From an uncultured bacterium (GTDB taxonomy: Bacteria > Oederibacteriota > JAAXVQ01 > JAUVAV01): a DNA stretch of 64,000 nucleotides. Every line of letters begins with the position of its first letter. Position 1 is the first letter of the stretch. Both the position numbers and the translations under genes were made by a program. The stretch lies in contig CAVQBK010000004.1 of NCBI GenBank assembly GCA_963710755.1, forward strand, positions 96,001 through 160,000. Direction: 5' to 3'. Under the pieces are notes generated by a model. That model was not told the DNA's origin and did no database searches. It saw only the letters and a list, made by a program, of their open reading frames with translations. Shown in pieces: positions 1 through 9,894 of the stretch.

Positions 1-1582
1 ACCCAATTATATTGTCCATGCCGCGGCGTTGTCCACGACCTATACGGCCAATGGCGCTTTTAATGATCCTTATTATACGGATGGCCACACCCAATGGTGG
101 GTTAACCGTACCCAGACCGATCGGGCCAAACAGGCCAATCCCTCTATTTCAGGGACATCCGACATTGTGGTGGCCGTGGTGGACACTGGTGTGGATTTAA
201 CTCACCCTGATTTGGCAGGCCGTTGGGTGACAGGGTACAATGTCATTACACCCTCGGCTCAACCTATGGATGATAATGAATATATTTATGACGAATATGG
301 CTATCCTTCAGTTCATGTCAAAGGCCACGGCACCCATGTGGCAGGCATGATCGCAGCCATTGCCAACAACAGCCAAGGCATTGCCGGTGCAGCCTGGGCC
401 AGCCATATTAAAATCATGCCGGTTAAAGTGCTTAGTTACACTGGCGGCGGCAGCATTGACGATCTGGCTGCTGGTATTGACTGGGCAGCAAACAGTATCG
501 CGGCAATTATTAATCTTAGCGTGGAATTTCAAGCAACTTCCGAACCCAGCATTCTGACGGACGCCATCAACAATGCCGTGGCCAAAGGCTGCTTGGTGGT
601 AGCCAGCGCAGGCAACCAAAATACTGATATCAGCAGTTCGCCCTATACTTATCCAGCCATATATAGCAATGTCTTTACCGTAGGGGGCACGACCAGTGAT
701 GATTTCGTAGCCTGGTATTCAAATTTTAGCTTTACACCGGGGTTGCTGGATTGTACGGCGCCCGGCGGTCAGATGGATGATTTTAGTGTGAGTTTTCAAA
801 GAGATGGCGGGGTTACCTCCACAGCCCGCGATGGCGGCTATTCGGCTGTGGCCGGCACCTCTTTTGCCGCGCCGCAGGCTGCGGGCCTGGCGGCCATGCT
901 CAAATTGCAGCTTCCTTCCCGCACTTGGACGGATATAAAAACCATTATCACCAATACCTGTGATCTCTACCCAGGACTCAGTACTATTTATCAGGGTGCC
1001 GGCAGGATCAACGCTTATCGTGCCTTGGCAGCCTACGCGCCGCCCACGGACACGCCTACAATTACCCCAACTTTTACCAAAACACCCACCCGCACGCCGT
1101 CCTTCACCATAACCCCCACGGCCACCCGGTCGGTCACCTATACAGGAACACCGACTTATACCCCCACGTCAACAGTGACGCCCACGGCCACTGAGTCGGC
1201 CACTTATACAGTGACGCCAACCTCCACAATCACCTCCACCTTCACCGCTTCGCCCACCATTACCGTGACCTATACTGTTACCCCCACATCAACCCCGCAC
1301 ATTCTGCCGCGTGCCGAGTTAATCGCCTACCCCCAGCCGGCGCAAGGCCGGATCAATCTGGCCTTTAATAGTCAAGGCAGTTGCACGGTCAAGGTGACGT
1401 TGTATAATATGACCGGTGAACGGGTGCTGCAAATGACCGCACAACCGGCTTACAATAATGGCGTTTCCATGGTGACCATGAACACCCCCTCCCTGGCGAG
1501 CGGGGTCTATATCATTCGGGCCCGTATTGACGATGCCAAGGGCACCAGGACCATGAGCAAGAAAGTGGCGATCGCGCGGTAA
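1..1582 (+). CDS. S8 (subtilisin-like) serine protease with Thr/Pro-rich linker and T9SS-type-A-like C-terminal domain; 5' end lies outside the window
   Basis: Catalytic motifs [14 protein letters not shown] and GTSFAAP. The frame is open from base 2 (PNYIVHA, typical end of a prodomain). TPT repeats, then a C-terminal YPQP...LASGVY...KKVAIAR. Confidence 0.9.
   Translation, partial: PNYIVHAAALSTTYTANGAFNDPYYTDGHTQWWVNRTQTDRAKQANPSISGTSDIVVAVVDTGVDLTHPDLAGRWVTGYNVITPSAQPMDDNEYIYDEYGYPSVHVKGHGTHVAGMIAAIANNSQGIAGAAWASHIKIMPVKVLSYTGGGSIDDLAAGIDWAANSIAAIINLSVEFQATSEPSILTDAINNAVAKGCLVVASAGNQNTDISSSPYTYPAIYSNVFTVGGTTSDDFVAWYSNFSFTPGLLDCTAPGGQMDDFSVSFQRDGGVTSTARDGGYSAVAGTSFAAPQAAGLAAMLKLQLPSRTWTDIKTIITNTCDLYPGLSTIYQGAGRINAYRALAAYAPPTDTPTITPTFTKTPTRTPSFTITPTATRSVTYTGTPTYTPTSTVTPTATESATYTVTPTSTITSTFTASPTITVTYTVTPTSTPHILPRAELIAYPQPAQGRINLAFNSQGSCTVKVTLYNMTGERVLQMTAQPAYNNGVSMVTMNTPSLASGVYIIRARIDDAKGTRTMSKKVAIAR
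1040..1300 (+). repeat. Low-complexity coding repeat encoding a Thr/Pro linker (TPTxTPT)
   Basis: Translation [28 protein letters not shown]...TVTPTSTP. Confidence 0.85.
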
Positions 1583-1728
1583 CCTATCTATGCGGGCTGG
1601 TCATAAACATCAAAGCAAAGTCATTGGTTATTCTTTTTTACGAGCTTGCCTTAGGCATGGCAGAGGGATAACCGATAAAAAATTATTCAAGTTCTAATCG
1701 CCAAAGCACCTTTTTCCCCGAGGACTAT

Positions 1729-2748
1729 ATGAAACCGAATTTGTCAAAACCAATTGTTCTCCTCAGCGGCATTATACTACTCCTGACGGCTATAACGCTG
1801 ATCAGCATGGGATTGTGGGTCGGTCCTGGTGGTCACCAGGACCGACAGGTTTTTATTCCGCCCAATACCACTACGGCCGCCATTAGCCGGTTGTTGAAAA
1901 AAGAACATGTTATCAACAGCAGTTGGCTTTTCCGCTTGGCCGCACGGCTCAGCGGCCAGGGCCGCTTGCTGAAAGTGGGCGAATACCAATTTGGGCCCCG
2001 CACCTCTATCGGTACCGCCCTTGAAAAAATCGCCCGTGGCGAGGTGATTCACTATGCTATTACCATTCCCGAAGGGTATACGGCTAGCCAGATTGGTGAA
2101 AAACTGGAAGCCATGAACATCGTAGAAAAAAACGCTTTTCTGGAGGCGGTCAACAATCCTGATCTGGCGGCACAAGTGGGCGTGCCTGCGGCAAGTATGG
2201 AAGGGTTTTTATTTCCCGACACCTATAATTTCCCCAAAGGCATGGCCCCGGCAGCCATCGTCCGGCGCATGGTGGCTAATTTTTTCCAGAAAACCAAACC
2301 CATTTTGGAAAAAAAGGGACCACTCGATAACCAGGCGCTGGTCCGGCTGGTGACCATGGCCTCCATTATTGAAAGAGAAGTAAAAGTGGACAAAGAAAGA
2401 CCCGTGGTGGCTTCCGTTTTCTATAACCGCCTGGCCAAAGGCCAACGCCTGGAATCATGCGCTACTGTGCTTTACAGTCAGGGCCGTATTGGCGGCACCC
2501 TCTCTACTGAGGATTTGTTTTTTAAATCGCCTTACAATACCTATCGTCATCGCGGGCTGCCGCCCGGGCCAATCAGCAACCCCGGGCTGCCATCTCTGGA
2601 AGCCGCCGCCTTTCCGGCCAAGACGGATTATTTATTTTTTGTAGTAGGCCGTGGTGGGGAACATGTGTTCTCCAAGGATTTTGAAGCCCACAAGCTGGCT
2701 AAATGGCGGCTTAAACACCACCAACATCATCAGAAAACGACGCCGTAA
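1729..2748 (+). CDS. mltG: Endolytic transglycosylase MltG (YceG family)
   Basis: N-terminal TM; motifs TIPEG, EGFLFPDTY, ASIIERE, SPYNTY, GLPPGPISNPG. Confidence 0.95.
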   Translation: MKPNLSKPIVLLSGIILLLTAITLISMGLWVGPGGHQDRQVFIPPNTTTAAISRLLKKEHVINSSWLFRLAARLSGQGRLLKVGEYQFGPRTSIGTALEKIARGEVIHYAITIPEGYTASQIGEKLEAMNIVEKNAFLEAVNNPDLAAQVGVPAASMEGFLFPDTYNFPKGMAPAAIVRRMVANFFQKTKPILEKKGPLDNQALVRLVTMASIIEREVKVDKERPVVASVFYNRLAKGQRLESCATVLYSQGRIGGTLSTEDLFFKSPYNTYRHRGLPPGPISNPGLPSLEAAAFPAKTDYLFFVVGRGGEHVFSKDFEAHKLAKWRLKHHQHHQKTTP

Positions 2749-2750
2749 CC

Positions 2751-4679
2751 ATGGTGAGCGGTCCCAAACGACTGGATAAGTGGATAGCCTACAGCAGCCT
2801 GGCCTTGGCCCTGATGCTGGTGCTTTATCTGGCCGCACAGCGCATGCTCGTTTACGAACAGCAGCTGCGGCAAGTGGAGATCGCTTTTCCTGAATCCGCG
2901 CTGATCCAAGCCACCTTGAAAGACCCTCAGGCTCCGGCTGAATTGCAGGGCGCCGGGGTGACAACCTTGGTGCGTAAACCGTATACCCTTAAAAGCCTCA
3001 TCGACTTTCATCTGGCCAGGGCCTGGCTGGTATCCCCGCGTGTTCTGAAAGTGGAACTGGCGGACCATGAGCTCAGCGGTAAAGCCATCTTGTTTCTCAC
3101 CGGTCAATTGGGTATGAACGCCGTATCCATGAAAATAAAAGACGATGGCTATCAATTGGAGATCGACCTGCCTGGTCCTGTCAAAGACCTTGATCCCACC
3201 CGTTATATCATGGCCGTCTCTTCCGGGCCTATGCCAGCTGGTTTCCGCCGGGCTCTTTATTTGCCTGCCGGAGATTGGGGCAGGACCAATAATCTGGACC
3301 AGTTTACGCAGGCCATTTACTCCTTAAAACCAGATCTGGTGATCCCTGATTGGAAGGGTGGCGCCAATGCCGGCGCCTTTTACCGGTCCTATCTGCATAC
3401 GCCTTGGCTGCGTAAACCACTCATGGCCCTGCCTGAATTCGGTCTGCCCTGGCAAGGGAAGTGGGCGCTGCGCAATCAACACAGCCACTATCTGGTCAGG
3501 GCCCACCTGTTGCAGGCTGACGATATGGAGGGTTTGTCACCGGCGGCTTTTCGGCAACGGCTGCTGCGCGCGGTCAATGAACGCAATGTTAACTTGGTGG
3601 TGGTCGATCAGCCGGCTTCCTGGTCTTTTAACCGCATGCTGGCCGCGCTCAGAACATTCAAAGCATCCCTGCAGGCCCAAGGGATTAGAATTGGTGCAGC
3701 TACGCGGCCCAGAATGGTGCGCATTGGCCAGGTGGCCGTGGCCATCATTTACCTGGGTATAAGCGCTTTGCTCTTTCTGGTGATCTGGCAGGTGGCGCTG
3801 TGGATGGCCGGGGTGACCAGCCGGCAGAGCTCTGCAGACAACACCTTGGTGATCAGATTAAAGCCGGCTAACTTTCGCTGGAGTGCGCTTTTCTTTCTGA
3901 TGGCTCTGCTGATTCTGCAATGGCAGGGAGAAGGCAACTGGGCGGCCAAAATGGGGGCTTTGAGCTTGGCTATCCTGGCACCGTTCTTCAGCCTGACCGC
4001 ACTGGACCAAGACAAGCCTGACGTCCGGTCTTCCCGGGCCGTGTGGATCACCCCCCTAAAAACCTTTTTCAAAATCACCGGCATTAATCTGTTGGCCGGG
4101 TTGACCATTGCGGTGTTGCTTTACCAGCCGGCTTTTACGCTGCGCATCGATACATTTTTTGGGGTCAAAGCGGCCCTGGCCTTGCCCTTATTTCTGGGAA
4201 CCATTTATCTGTTGCCGTCGCTCACGGACGGAACGTGGTGGAAAAAACGGTGGAGCCGCGGCCATTGGCCCGGGACGGCACTAACCCTGCTTTTTCTGGC
4301 AGCACTTCTGAGCTATGCTTTGCTGCGCAGCGGCAATCAACATTGGATGCCTGTATCTACTTGGGAATATTGGCTGCGCGATCATCTCGAAGCATGGCTG
4401 CCCGCACGGCCAAGGTTTAAAGAGCTGCTGATCGGCCATCCTTTGCTCCTCCTCGGACTGGTTGGTTACTATCGGTTAAATCATCGGCAGGCCGTATGGC
4501 CCAAGGTTTGTATAGCTTTAGGCATGATCGGCCAGGTTTCTTTGATCAATACCTTTTGTCATATTCATACCCCGCTGCTAATCAGTTTGTGGCGCACGGT
4601 GCTGGGCGTAGTGCTGGGGTTAGCGCTGGGGAACTTGATGATGGTCTCCATGCTTTTGCTCAGGCCCAGGAGAGGTTGA
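2751..4679 (+). CDS. DUF5693-like membrane protein (csaB-associated)
   Basis: Motifs RAVNERN, F.GVKAAL, RSGN, RPRFKELLIGHP, NTFCHIHTP; multiple C-terminal TM helices; directly upstream of csaB. Confidence 0.8.
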   Translation: MVSGPKRLDKWIAYSSLALALMLVLYLAAQRMLVYEQQLRQVEIAFPESALIQATLKDPQAPAELQGAGVTTLVRKPYTLKSLIDFHLARAWLVSPRVLKVELADHELSGKAILFLTGQLGMNAVSMKIKDDGYQLEIDLPGPVKDLDPTRYIMAVSSGPMPAGFRRALYLPAGDWGRTNNLDQFTQAIYSLKPDLVIPDWKGGANAGAFYRSYLHTPWLRKPLMALPEFGLPWQGKWALRNQHSHYLVRAHLLQADDMEGLSPAAFRQRLLRAVNERNVNLVVVDQPASWSFNRMLAALRTFKASLQAQGIRIGAATRPRMVRIGQVAVAIIYLGISALLFLVIWQVALWMAGVTSRQSSADNTLVIRLKPANFRWSALFFLMALLILQWQGEGNWAAKMGALSLAILAPFFSLTALDQDKPDVRSSRAVWITPLKTFFKITGINLLAGLTIAVLLYQPAFTLRIDTFFGVKAALALPLFLGTIYLLPSLTDGTWWKKRWSRGHWPGTALTLLFLAALLSYALLRSGNQHWMPVSTWEYWLRDHLEAWLPARPRFKELLIGHPLLLLGLVGYYRLNHRQAVWPKVCIALGMIGQVSLINTFCHIHTPLLISLWRTVLGVVLGLALGNLMMVSMLLLRPRRG

Positions 4680-5702
4680 ATGCGGCTGCTCCTCTGCGGC
4701 TATTATGGCTTCGGCAATCTGGGAGATGAATGGCTCCTGGAAACCATGGTTCATTATGGCCGGACCCAAGGTCATCAGCTGACGGTGCTGTCCCATCGTC
4801 CAGGGCAAACCAGCGCGGCTTACGGCGTGCCGGCCATATCCCGCTGGAATCCTTTGCGATTTTTAACGCAACTCCGGAAAAATGATTTGTTGCTCTTCGG
4901 AGGCGGTGGTCTGATTCAGGACCGCAGCAGTGCGCGCAGTGTCTTTTATTATCTGGCCCAGATCATGGCTGCCAAAATGATAGGCAAAAAAGTGATTATG
5001 CTGGGCCAGGGGCTCGGTCCCCTGCAAGGCGCAAGTGCCAGATTGTTCTGTGAATTGATTCTGCCGCTGGTGGATCTGATCGTAACCCGCGATGCTGTTT
5101 CCACCCAATGGTGTTTTGACCTTGGTCTGGAGCAAGAGCGCGTTGTCGAGGCTGCCGATCTGGTGTGGCTAAAATCCTTTCCCATTAACCGGGAAGACCG
5201 GAAAAAAAACTGGGTGCTGTGCTTGCGTTCCACCGCGCCTATAGCCGGTGAATATTTGAGCAAGTTGCACGCCTTGGCGATTAAGCATGATCGTGTGCTG
5301 GTGGCCATACCCTTTGGGGATCATGGAGATGAGGCCTGGCTGGAAAGGCTGAAGCAAAGGGGAGCGCTGCAAGGCTGCCGCCTGGCCAGGCAAGAGGATT
5401 ATCCCCATGTTTTCAGCCAGGCGGAAATGGTGATTAGTATGCGTTATCATGCCTTGCTGTTAGGTGCTCAGACCAGCGCCCTTTTGCTGGGTATGGGTGA
5501 TGATCCCAAGGTGCAAAGCCTGATGCACGACTTAGGTCAACTCACGGCGACTTGGGAAAACTTGCCGGAAAAAGCGGTACGGTTACTCTCCGAACGAAAC
5601 CGCTATCAAGAAATTCTGCAGCAACGCCGTCTCGCTCTCATTAAAAAGGCCGGGAAAAATATTTTAAGTCTGCAAACCTTTCTGCTCACCCATCCTGCTT
5701 GA
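4680..5702 (+). CDS. csaB: Polysaccharide pyruvyl transferase CsaB
   Basis: Motifs GYYGFGNLGDE, GGGGLIQD.SS.RS, QGLGPL, RD, MRYHA. Confidence 0.9.
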   Translation: MRLLLCGYYGFGNLGDEWLLETMVHYGRTQGHQLTVLSHRPGQTSAAYGVPAISRWNPLRFLTQLRKNDLLLFGGGGLIQDRSSARSVFYYLAQIMAAKMIGKKVIMLGQGLGPLQGASARLFCELILPLVDLIVTRDAVSTQWCFDLGLEQERVVEAADLVWLKSFPINREDRKKNWVLCLRSTAPIAGEYLSKLHALAIKHDRVLVAIPFGDHGDEAWLERLKQRGALQGCRLARQEDYPHVFSQAEMVISMRYHALLLGAQTSALLLGMGDDPKVQSLMHDLGQLTATWENLPEKAVRLLSERNRYQEILQQRRLALIKKAGKNILSLQTFLLTHPA

Positions 5703-5729
5703 GGTTCATCTGCTGTTGCTATCCCGCGT

Positions 5730-6848
5730 TTAAGCGTCATAAGCCTCTTTTTTTACAGGAGGCCGGTAGACAGGAAAGTCGGTATAGCCCTTGGCCTCGG
5801 GAGAATAAAAGGTTTCCCGGTTAAAGGCGGTGTTAAGCGGCCAGTCATGCTGCAGGCGTGCCGGCAAATCAGGATTGTTGATAAACAGCCGGCCGAAGGC
5901 AATCAAATCGGCAAACCCACTTTTCAGATCCCGTTCGGCCCGCGCCTTGTCATATCCTCCGGAAAGAATCAGCGGTTGATGAAAACGGTCGCGTATAAGC
6001 TGCTTGATGGTGATCGGTACAGTGGGCGCACCCATGGTGCTGTGATCCACCAGATGAAGATAAAGAAGATTGAGACGGTTGAGTTCCTCGGCCAGGTAAG
6101 CATAGGTCTCATCCAGATCCGGATAAGGCCCCATGCTGTTGGAAACACCATAGGGGGACAGCCGCATAGCGGTTTTTTCCGCACCAATGCGGCCGGCAAC
6201 TGCTTCGGCCACTTCCAGCACAAAACGGCAGCGTTTTTGGAAATGGCCGCCATAGGCGTCGCTGCGATGATTGCTTAAAGGTGATAGAAATTGCTCCAAC
6301 AAATAGCCATTAGCACCATGTAATTCCACCCCATCAAAGCCCGCTTCCAGGGCACGGACGGAGGCTGTCACATAGGCTTGCTTGGTATGGTTTATATCCT
6401 CGGCGGTCATAGCCCGGGGCAGCGGAAAGGGCTGCGCCCCCATACGGTCAGTCCGGATGGTGCCGGTGGGACTGATGGCGGAAGGGCCCAAAATGACGGC
6501 GCCAATGGGCATATTAGCCGGATGACTGACGCGGCCTGTATGCATGAGTTGTACTATGATTTTGCCGTCTTGTTGGTGCACAGCCTCGGTTACTTTGCGC
6601 CAACCATCGATTTGATCCTGGCGAAATAAACCGGGAATACGGGGATAACCCAGGCCATTGGCGTCAGGGGCCGTACCTTCGGTGATCATTAAACCGGCTG
6701 ACGCCCGCTGCGCGTAATAAGTCGCCATCAGGTCATTGGGCACATTGCCCAGGGCCCGCGAACGGGTCATGGGGGCCATCACGATGCGGTTTTTTAATGT
6801 CAAGCTGTCATTAAGCCGGCGGGGTTGAAATAAAATACTCTCCTCCAT
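5730..6848 (-). CDS. Old yellow enzyme family alkene reductase (NemA/XenB-like)
   Basis: Motifs RIVMAPMTRSRA, GFDGVELHGANGYL, FGRLFINNPDLP, GYTD. Confidence 0.93.
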   Translation of the reverse strand: MEESILFQPRRLNDSLTLKNRIVMAPMTRSRALGNVPNDLMATYYAQRASAGLMITEGTAPDANGLGYPRIPGLFRQDQIDGWRKVTEAVHQQDGKIIVQLMHTGRVSHPANMPIGAVILGPSAISPTGTIRTDRMGAQPFPLPRAMTAEDINHTKQAYVTASVRALEAGFDGVELHGANGYLLEQFLSPLSNHRSDAYGGHFQKRCRFVLEVAEAVAGRIGAEKTAMRLSPYGVSNSMGPYPDLDETYAYLAEELNRLNLLYLHLVDHSTMGAPTVPITIKQLIRDRFHQPLILSGGYDKARAERDLKSGFADLIAFGRLFINNPDLPARLQHDWPLNTAFNRETFYSPEAKGYTDFPVYRPPVKKEAYDA

Positions 6849-6937
6849 AATTTATCTCCTTCCTACGTTTGTTTATAATTAAATTAGACACCTTTTTTAA
6901 ATTGATTGAATATCCACAGGCTTTAGGTATCTGTACC

Positions 6938-6966
6938 TTGACTCCGCTCCCAGCCGGGCCTATAAT
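6938..6966 (+). promoter_or_regulatory. Sigma70-type promoter for the ftsE operon
   Basis: TTGACT-17 bp-TATAAT. Confidence 0.75.
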
Positions 6967-7112
6967 CGTTGAACAGCAATAGCGAGTGAGGTGATCAACG
7001 CACCCAGGCGCAGGCCGGATGATCACCCTATTTCCATTTTTCTAATTTCCACCATCCATTGTCTTGTTTCTAATGCTTGGGCCTTGATGGCCTGGTCTAA
7101 AGAGGAGCAGTA

Positions 7113-7790
7113 GTGATTGAATTTCATCATGTGTTTATGACCTACGAACACGAATACCGGGCCCTGCGGGATATCAGTTTGTCCATTGCGCAAGGGGAGT
7201 TTGTATTGGTCACCGGTCCTTCCGGGGCGGGCAAAAGCACGTTGATCAAATTGATCAATCGGACCATCATGCCTGTCAAAGGCCAGGTAATTGTTTTTGA
7301 GCAAAATGTGGAAAAATTAAAACAGCACCAATTGCCTTTTTTTCGCAGGAAAATAGGGGTGGTCTTTCAGGATTTTAAACTCCTTTATGACCGCACGGTT
7401 TTTGAAAACGTGGCTTTGGCCCTGCATATCACCGGCACGGGCGGACGCACGCTGACCAGGGAAGTGCATCATGCTCTGGACCGGGTGGGGCTGCTCAAGA
7501 AAAAGGTGGTCAAGCCCTGGCATCTTTCCGGCGGGGAGATGCAGCGCGTGGTTTTGGCCCGGGCCATTGTTCATGATCCGCCCCTGCTGTTAGCCGATGA
7601 ACCCACCGGCAATCTTGATTTTGCCACCGGCTGGGACATGATGCAGCTCTTCCGGGAAATCAATGACGGAGGCACCACCGTCATTTGCACCACCCACAAT
7701 CTCAATTTCATCCAAAAAATGAAAAAAAGGACCGTGTTTTTGGATCAGGGTATCTTGCGCGGTGAGAGGAAATCCGGCCATGACCATTAA
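7113..7790 (+). CDS. ftsE: Cell division ABC ATPase FtsE
   Basis: Motifs GPSGAGKST, IGVVFQDFKLL, LSGGE, LLADEPTGNLD; adjacent to ftsX. Confidence 0.93.
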   Translation: MIEFHHVFMTYEHEYRALRDISLSIAQGEFVLVTGPSGAGKSTLIKLINRTIMPVKGQVIVFEQNVEKLKQHQLPFFRRKIGVVFQDFKLLYDRTVFENVALALHITGTGGRTLTREVHHALDRVGLLKKKVVKPWHLSGGEMQRVVLARAIVHDPPLLLADEPTGNLDFATGWDMMQLFREINDGGTTVICTTHNLNFIQKMKKRTVFLDQGILRGERKSGHDH

Positions 7791-8670
7791 GTATATGGTG
7801 GGTGAAGCCGTCCGCAGTTTCACCCGTTCCAAGCGGCTCAACCTGATCTCCCTGGGCGCCATGAGCGTATCCCTGATGGCCCTGGGTCTGGTATTGGTGC
7901 TTAATCTGGGCATGTGGCGATTGGCCAATTTTATTGAAGACAAAGTGGAAATCGTGGCTTTTTTAAATGACAGCCTGAGCCAGGACAGTATTGACCGGTT
8001 TTTAACCAAGCTGCATGATCATCCTCAGGTGACGCAAGTGACGTATATTTCCAAGGATCAGGCAGCCAAGGAATTTGAGGAAGACAAAGCCCTTAAAAAG
8101 ATGATGGACGTACTCGGCTCCAATCCTCTGCCGGCCTCGATCCGTATCAGCATTATCGAGAAAACGCCGCAGCATATCAAAGAGTTTACCACCTGGCTTA
8201 ACCAATTCGAAGGTATCGACGAGGTTAGTTATGGCGGCGGCGATGCGGAACGGTTACTTAAAAGCCTGCAATTTATGCGCCTGACCGTACTCCTCTTATC
8301 CGCAGCCCTGGCCGTCTCGGCCATCATTATTATTGCCAACATCATCAGTCTCATGGTCTATGCCCGGCAGGAAGAAATCAGTATTTTGTTGGTGATCGGC
8401 GCGACCCATTGGTTTATACGCGGCCCGTTTTTAATTTGGGGGTTGCTGCAGGGGGCGGCCGGCGGGCTCGTGGCTTCGGGCCTGCTTTATGGCATCTGGA
8501 GACTGCTCGTTTTTTACGCCTTGAGTGATTTGGGCATCGATCTTACCAGTATGCTGACACCGCTTTTAGTCAAGCAGGTACTGGTGGGTGCGGGGCTGCT
8601 GGTGGTGGTGGGTGCGCTTTTGGGCTTGATCGGGAGCGTGGTCTCTCTGGGAAGACGGCTACAAACATGA
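7780..8670 (+). CDS. ftsX: Cell division permease FtsX
   Basis: Motifs NPLPAS and REEI..L.VIGAT..FIRGPF; 4 TM helices; start chosen at ATG 7780 (RBS GAGG). Confidence 0.9.
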   Translation: MTIKYMVGEAVRSFTRSKRLNLISLGAMSVSLMALGLVLVLNLGMWRLANFIEDKVEIVAFLNDSLSQDSIDRFLTKLHDHPQVTQVTYISKDQAAKEFEEDKALKKMMDVLGSNPLPASIRISIIEKTPQHIKEFTTWLNQFEGIDEVSYGGGDAERLLKSLQFMRLTVLLLSAALAVSAIIIIANIISLMVYARQEEISILLVIGATHWFIRGPFLIWGLLQGAAGGLVASGLLYGIWRLLVFYALSDLGIDLTSMLTPLLVKQVLVGAGLLVVVGALLGLIGSVVSLGRRLQT

Positions 8671-9863
8671 AACGGCTTTACCTGCCGGCGATTATTCTGA
8701 GTTTGCCCCTCATGCTGCTGAGCAGCCGGGCAGCCGAGGGAGGCGTAAAGGAAAAACTGCACCAGTACCAGAGTTCTATTACGCGGGAACAAAAAGATTT
8801 GCGGTCCATCAGAAGAAAACTGCGTGAACAAAAAAAAATTATTAAAAAAAAACAACGCAAGGAAAAATCGATCCTTAAACAAATCAATGCGGTGGAACGT
8901 CAGATTGACGAAACCAAACAGCAATATGCGGACCATCAGAAAAACTTGAGCTTGGTTAATAAACGTATCAAACACTTGAACAGCGGCATTGTGGCCACCC
9001 GTGCAGATAAGGATGCTTTAAAAGCCATGCTGGCCCAACGAATCCGCCTGATTTATCGCGAACAAAGCAGTGGGTTCTGGAAAATTCTGGCCACGTCGGA
9101 AAATTTAAGTGAAATCCTGCTGCGGCTGAAATTTTTCCATGTTCTAGCCGCTCAGAATGCCTTTTTAATTGATCAATTGCATAAAAAAGAAAGGACCCTG
9201 AAACAACAACAATCTGCTTTACTGAACCGCCGTGCCAAGTCGGAAGAACTGCGGGCCCTGTCGCTTAAAACCTTGTCCAAGGTCAAACGCCACCGGGCGG
9301 AACGGGAAAAAATACTCAACCGTGTTCGTCATGAACGGCAGCAGCATGAACAGGCGGTCAGGGAACTGGCCGCCGCGTCGAAGCGGCTCAATAAATTGAT
9401 CGATCGTCTGGAATCCCGGGCAGCCCGGCTGCAGGAAAAAATCAGCACTGCTGGTAAAGGATTTGCCGCTCTAAAAGGCCGCTTACCCTGGCCTACGCGC
9501 GGCCGGGTAATAAGGACTTTTGGAAAAATCAAGCATCCCCGCTTCAACACCTATATCCATAACAAAGGAATTGACATCGCCGGAAGCATGGGTCAAAATG
9601 TGCTAGCCGTTGGTGAAGGGGTTGTTCTCTTTGCCGAATGGTTTGAAGGATATGGACGCATGATCATCCTCGATCATGGCGAAGGTTATAATACCGTTTA
9701 TGCCCATCTCAATGAACTTCAGGTCAGCGCCGGGGATAAAGTCACCATAGGACAAAAGATCGGACAATTGGGGGATTCCGGATCATGGGAAGGGGCGGAG
9801 TTGTATTTTGAGATACGCGTGCAGGGTAAAGCTGAAAATCCCATTCGTTGGTTGAAACGATAA
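8667..9863 (+). CDS. envC: Coiled-coil plus M23 murein hydrolase activator (EnvC-like)
   Basis: Signal peptide, long coiled coil, KGRLPWP, degenerate M23 (NKGIDI, LYFEIR); lies in the ftsEX operon. Confidence 0.8.
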   Translation: MKRLYLPAIILSLPLMLLSSRAAEGGVKEKLHQYQSSITREQKDLRSIRRKLREQKKIIKKKQRKEKSILKQINAVERQIDETKQQYADHQKNLSLVNKRIKHLNSGIVATRADKDALKAMLAQRIRLIYREQSSGFWKILATSENLSEILLRLKFFHVLAAQNAFLIDQLHKKERTLKQQQSALLNRRAKSEELRALSLKTLSKVKRHRAEREKILNRVRHERQQHEQAVRELAAASKRLNKLIDRLESRAARLQEKISTAGKGFAALKGRLPWPTRGRVIRTFGKIKHPRFNTYIHNKGIDIAGSMGQNVLAVGEGVVLFAEWFEGYGRMIILDHGEGYNTVYAHLNELQVSAGDKVTIGQKIGQLGDSGSWEGAELYFEIRVQGKAENPIRWLKR

Positions 9864-9894
9864 TCGTAACTGTTGGTAAGGAGGCGCTTTGAGA

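Noticed and set aside
1040-1300. Periodic ACC/CCC-rich repeats as a possible CRISPR array or VNTR
   Set aside because: They encode the Thr/Pro linker; there are no identical repeats with spacers. No CRISPR array or cas gene was seen in the window.
6910-6918. ATATCCACA as a DnaA box or origin
   Set aside because: Single mismatched copy, with no cluster of boxes.
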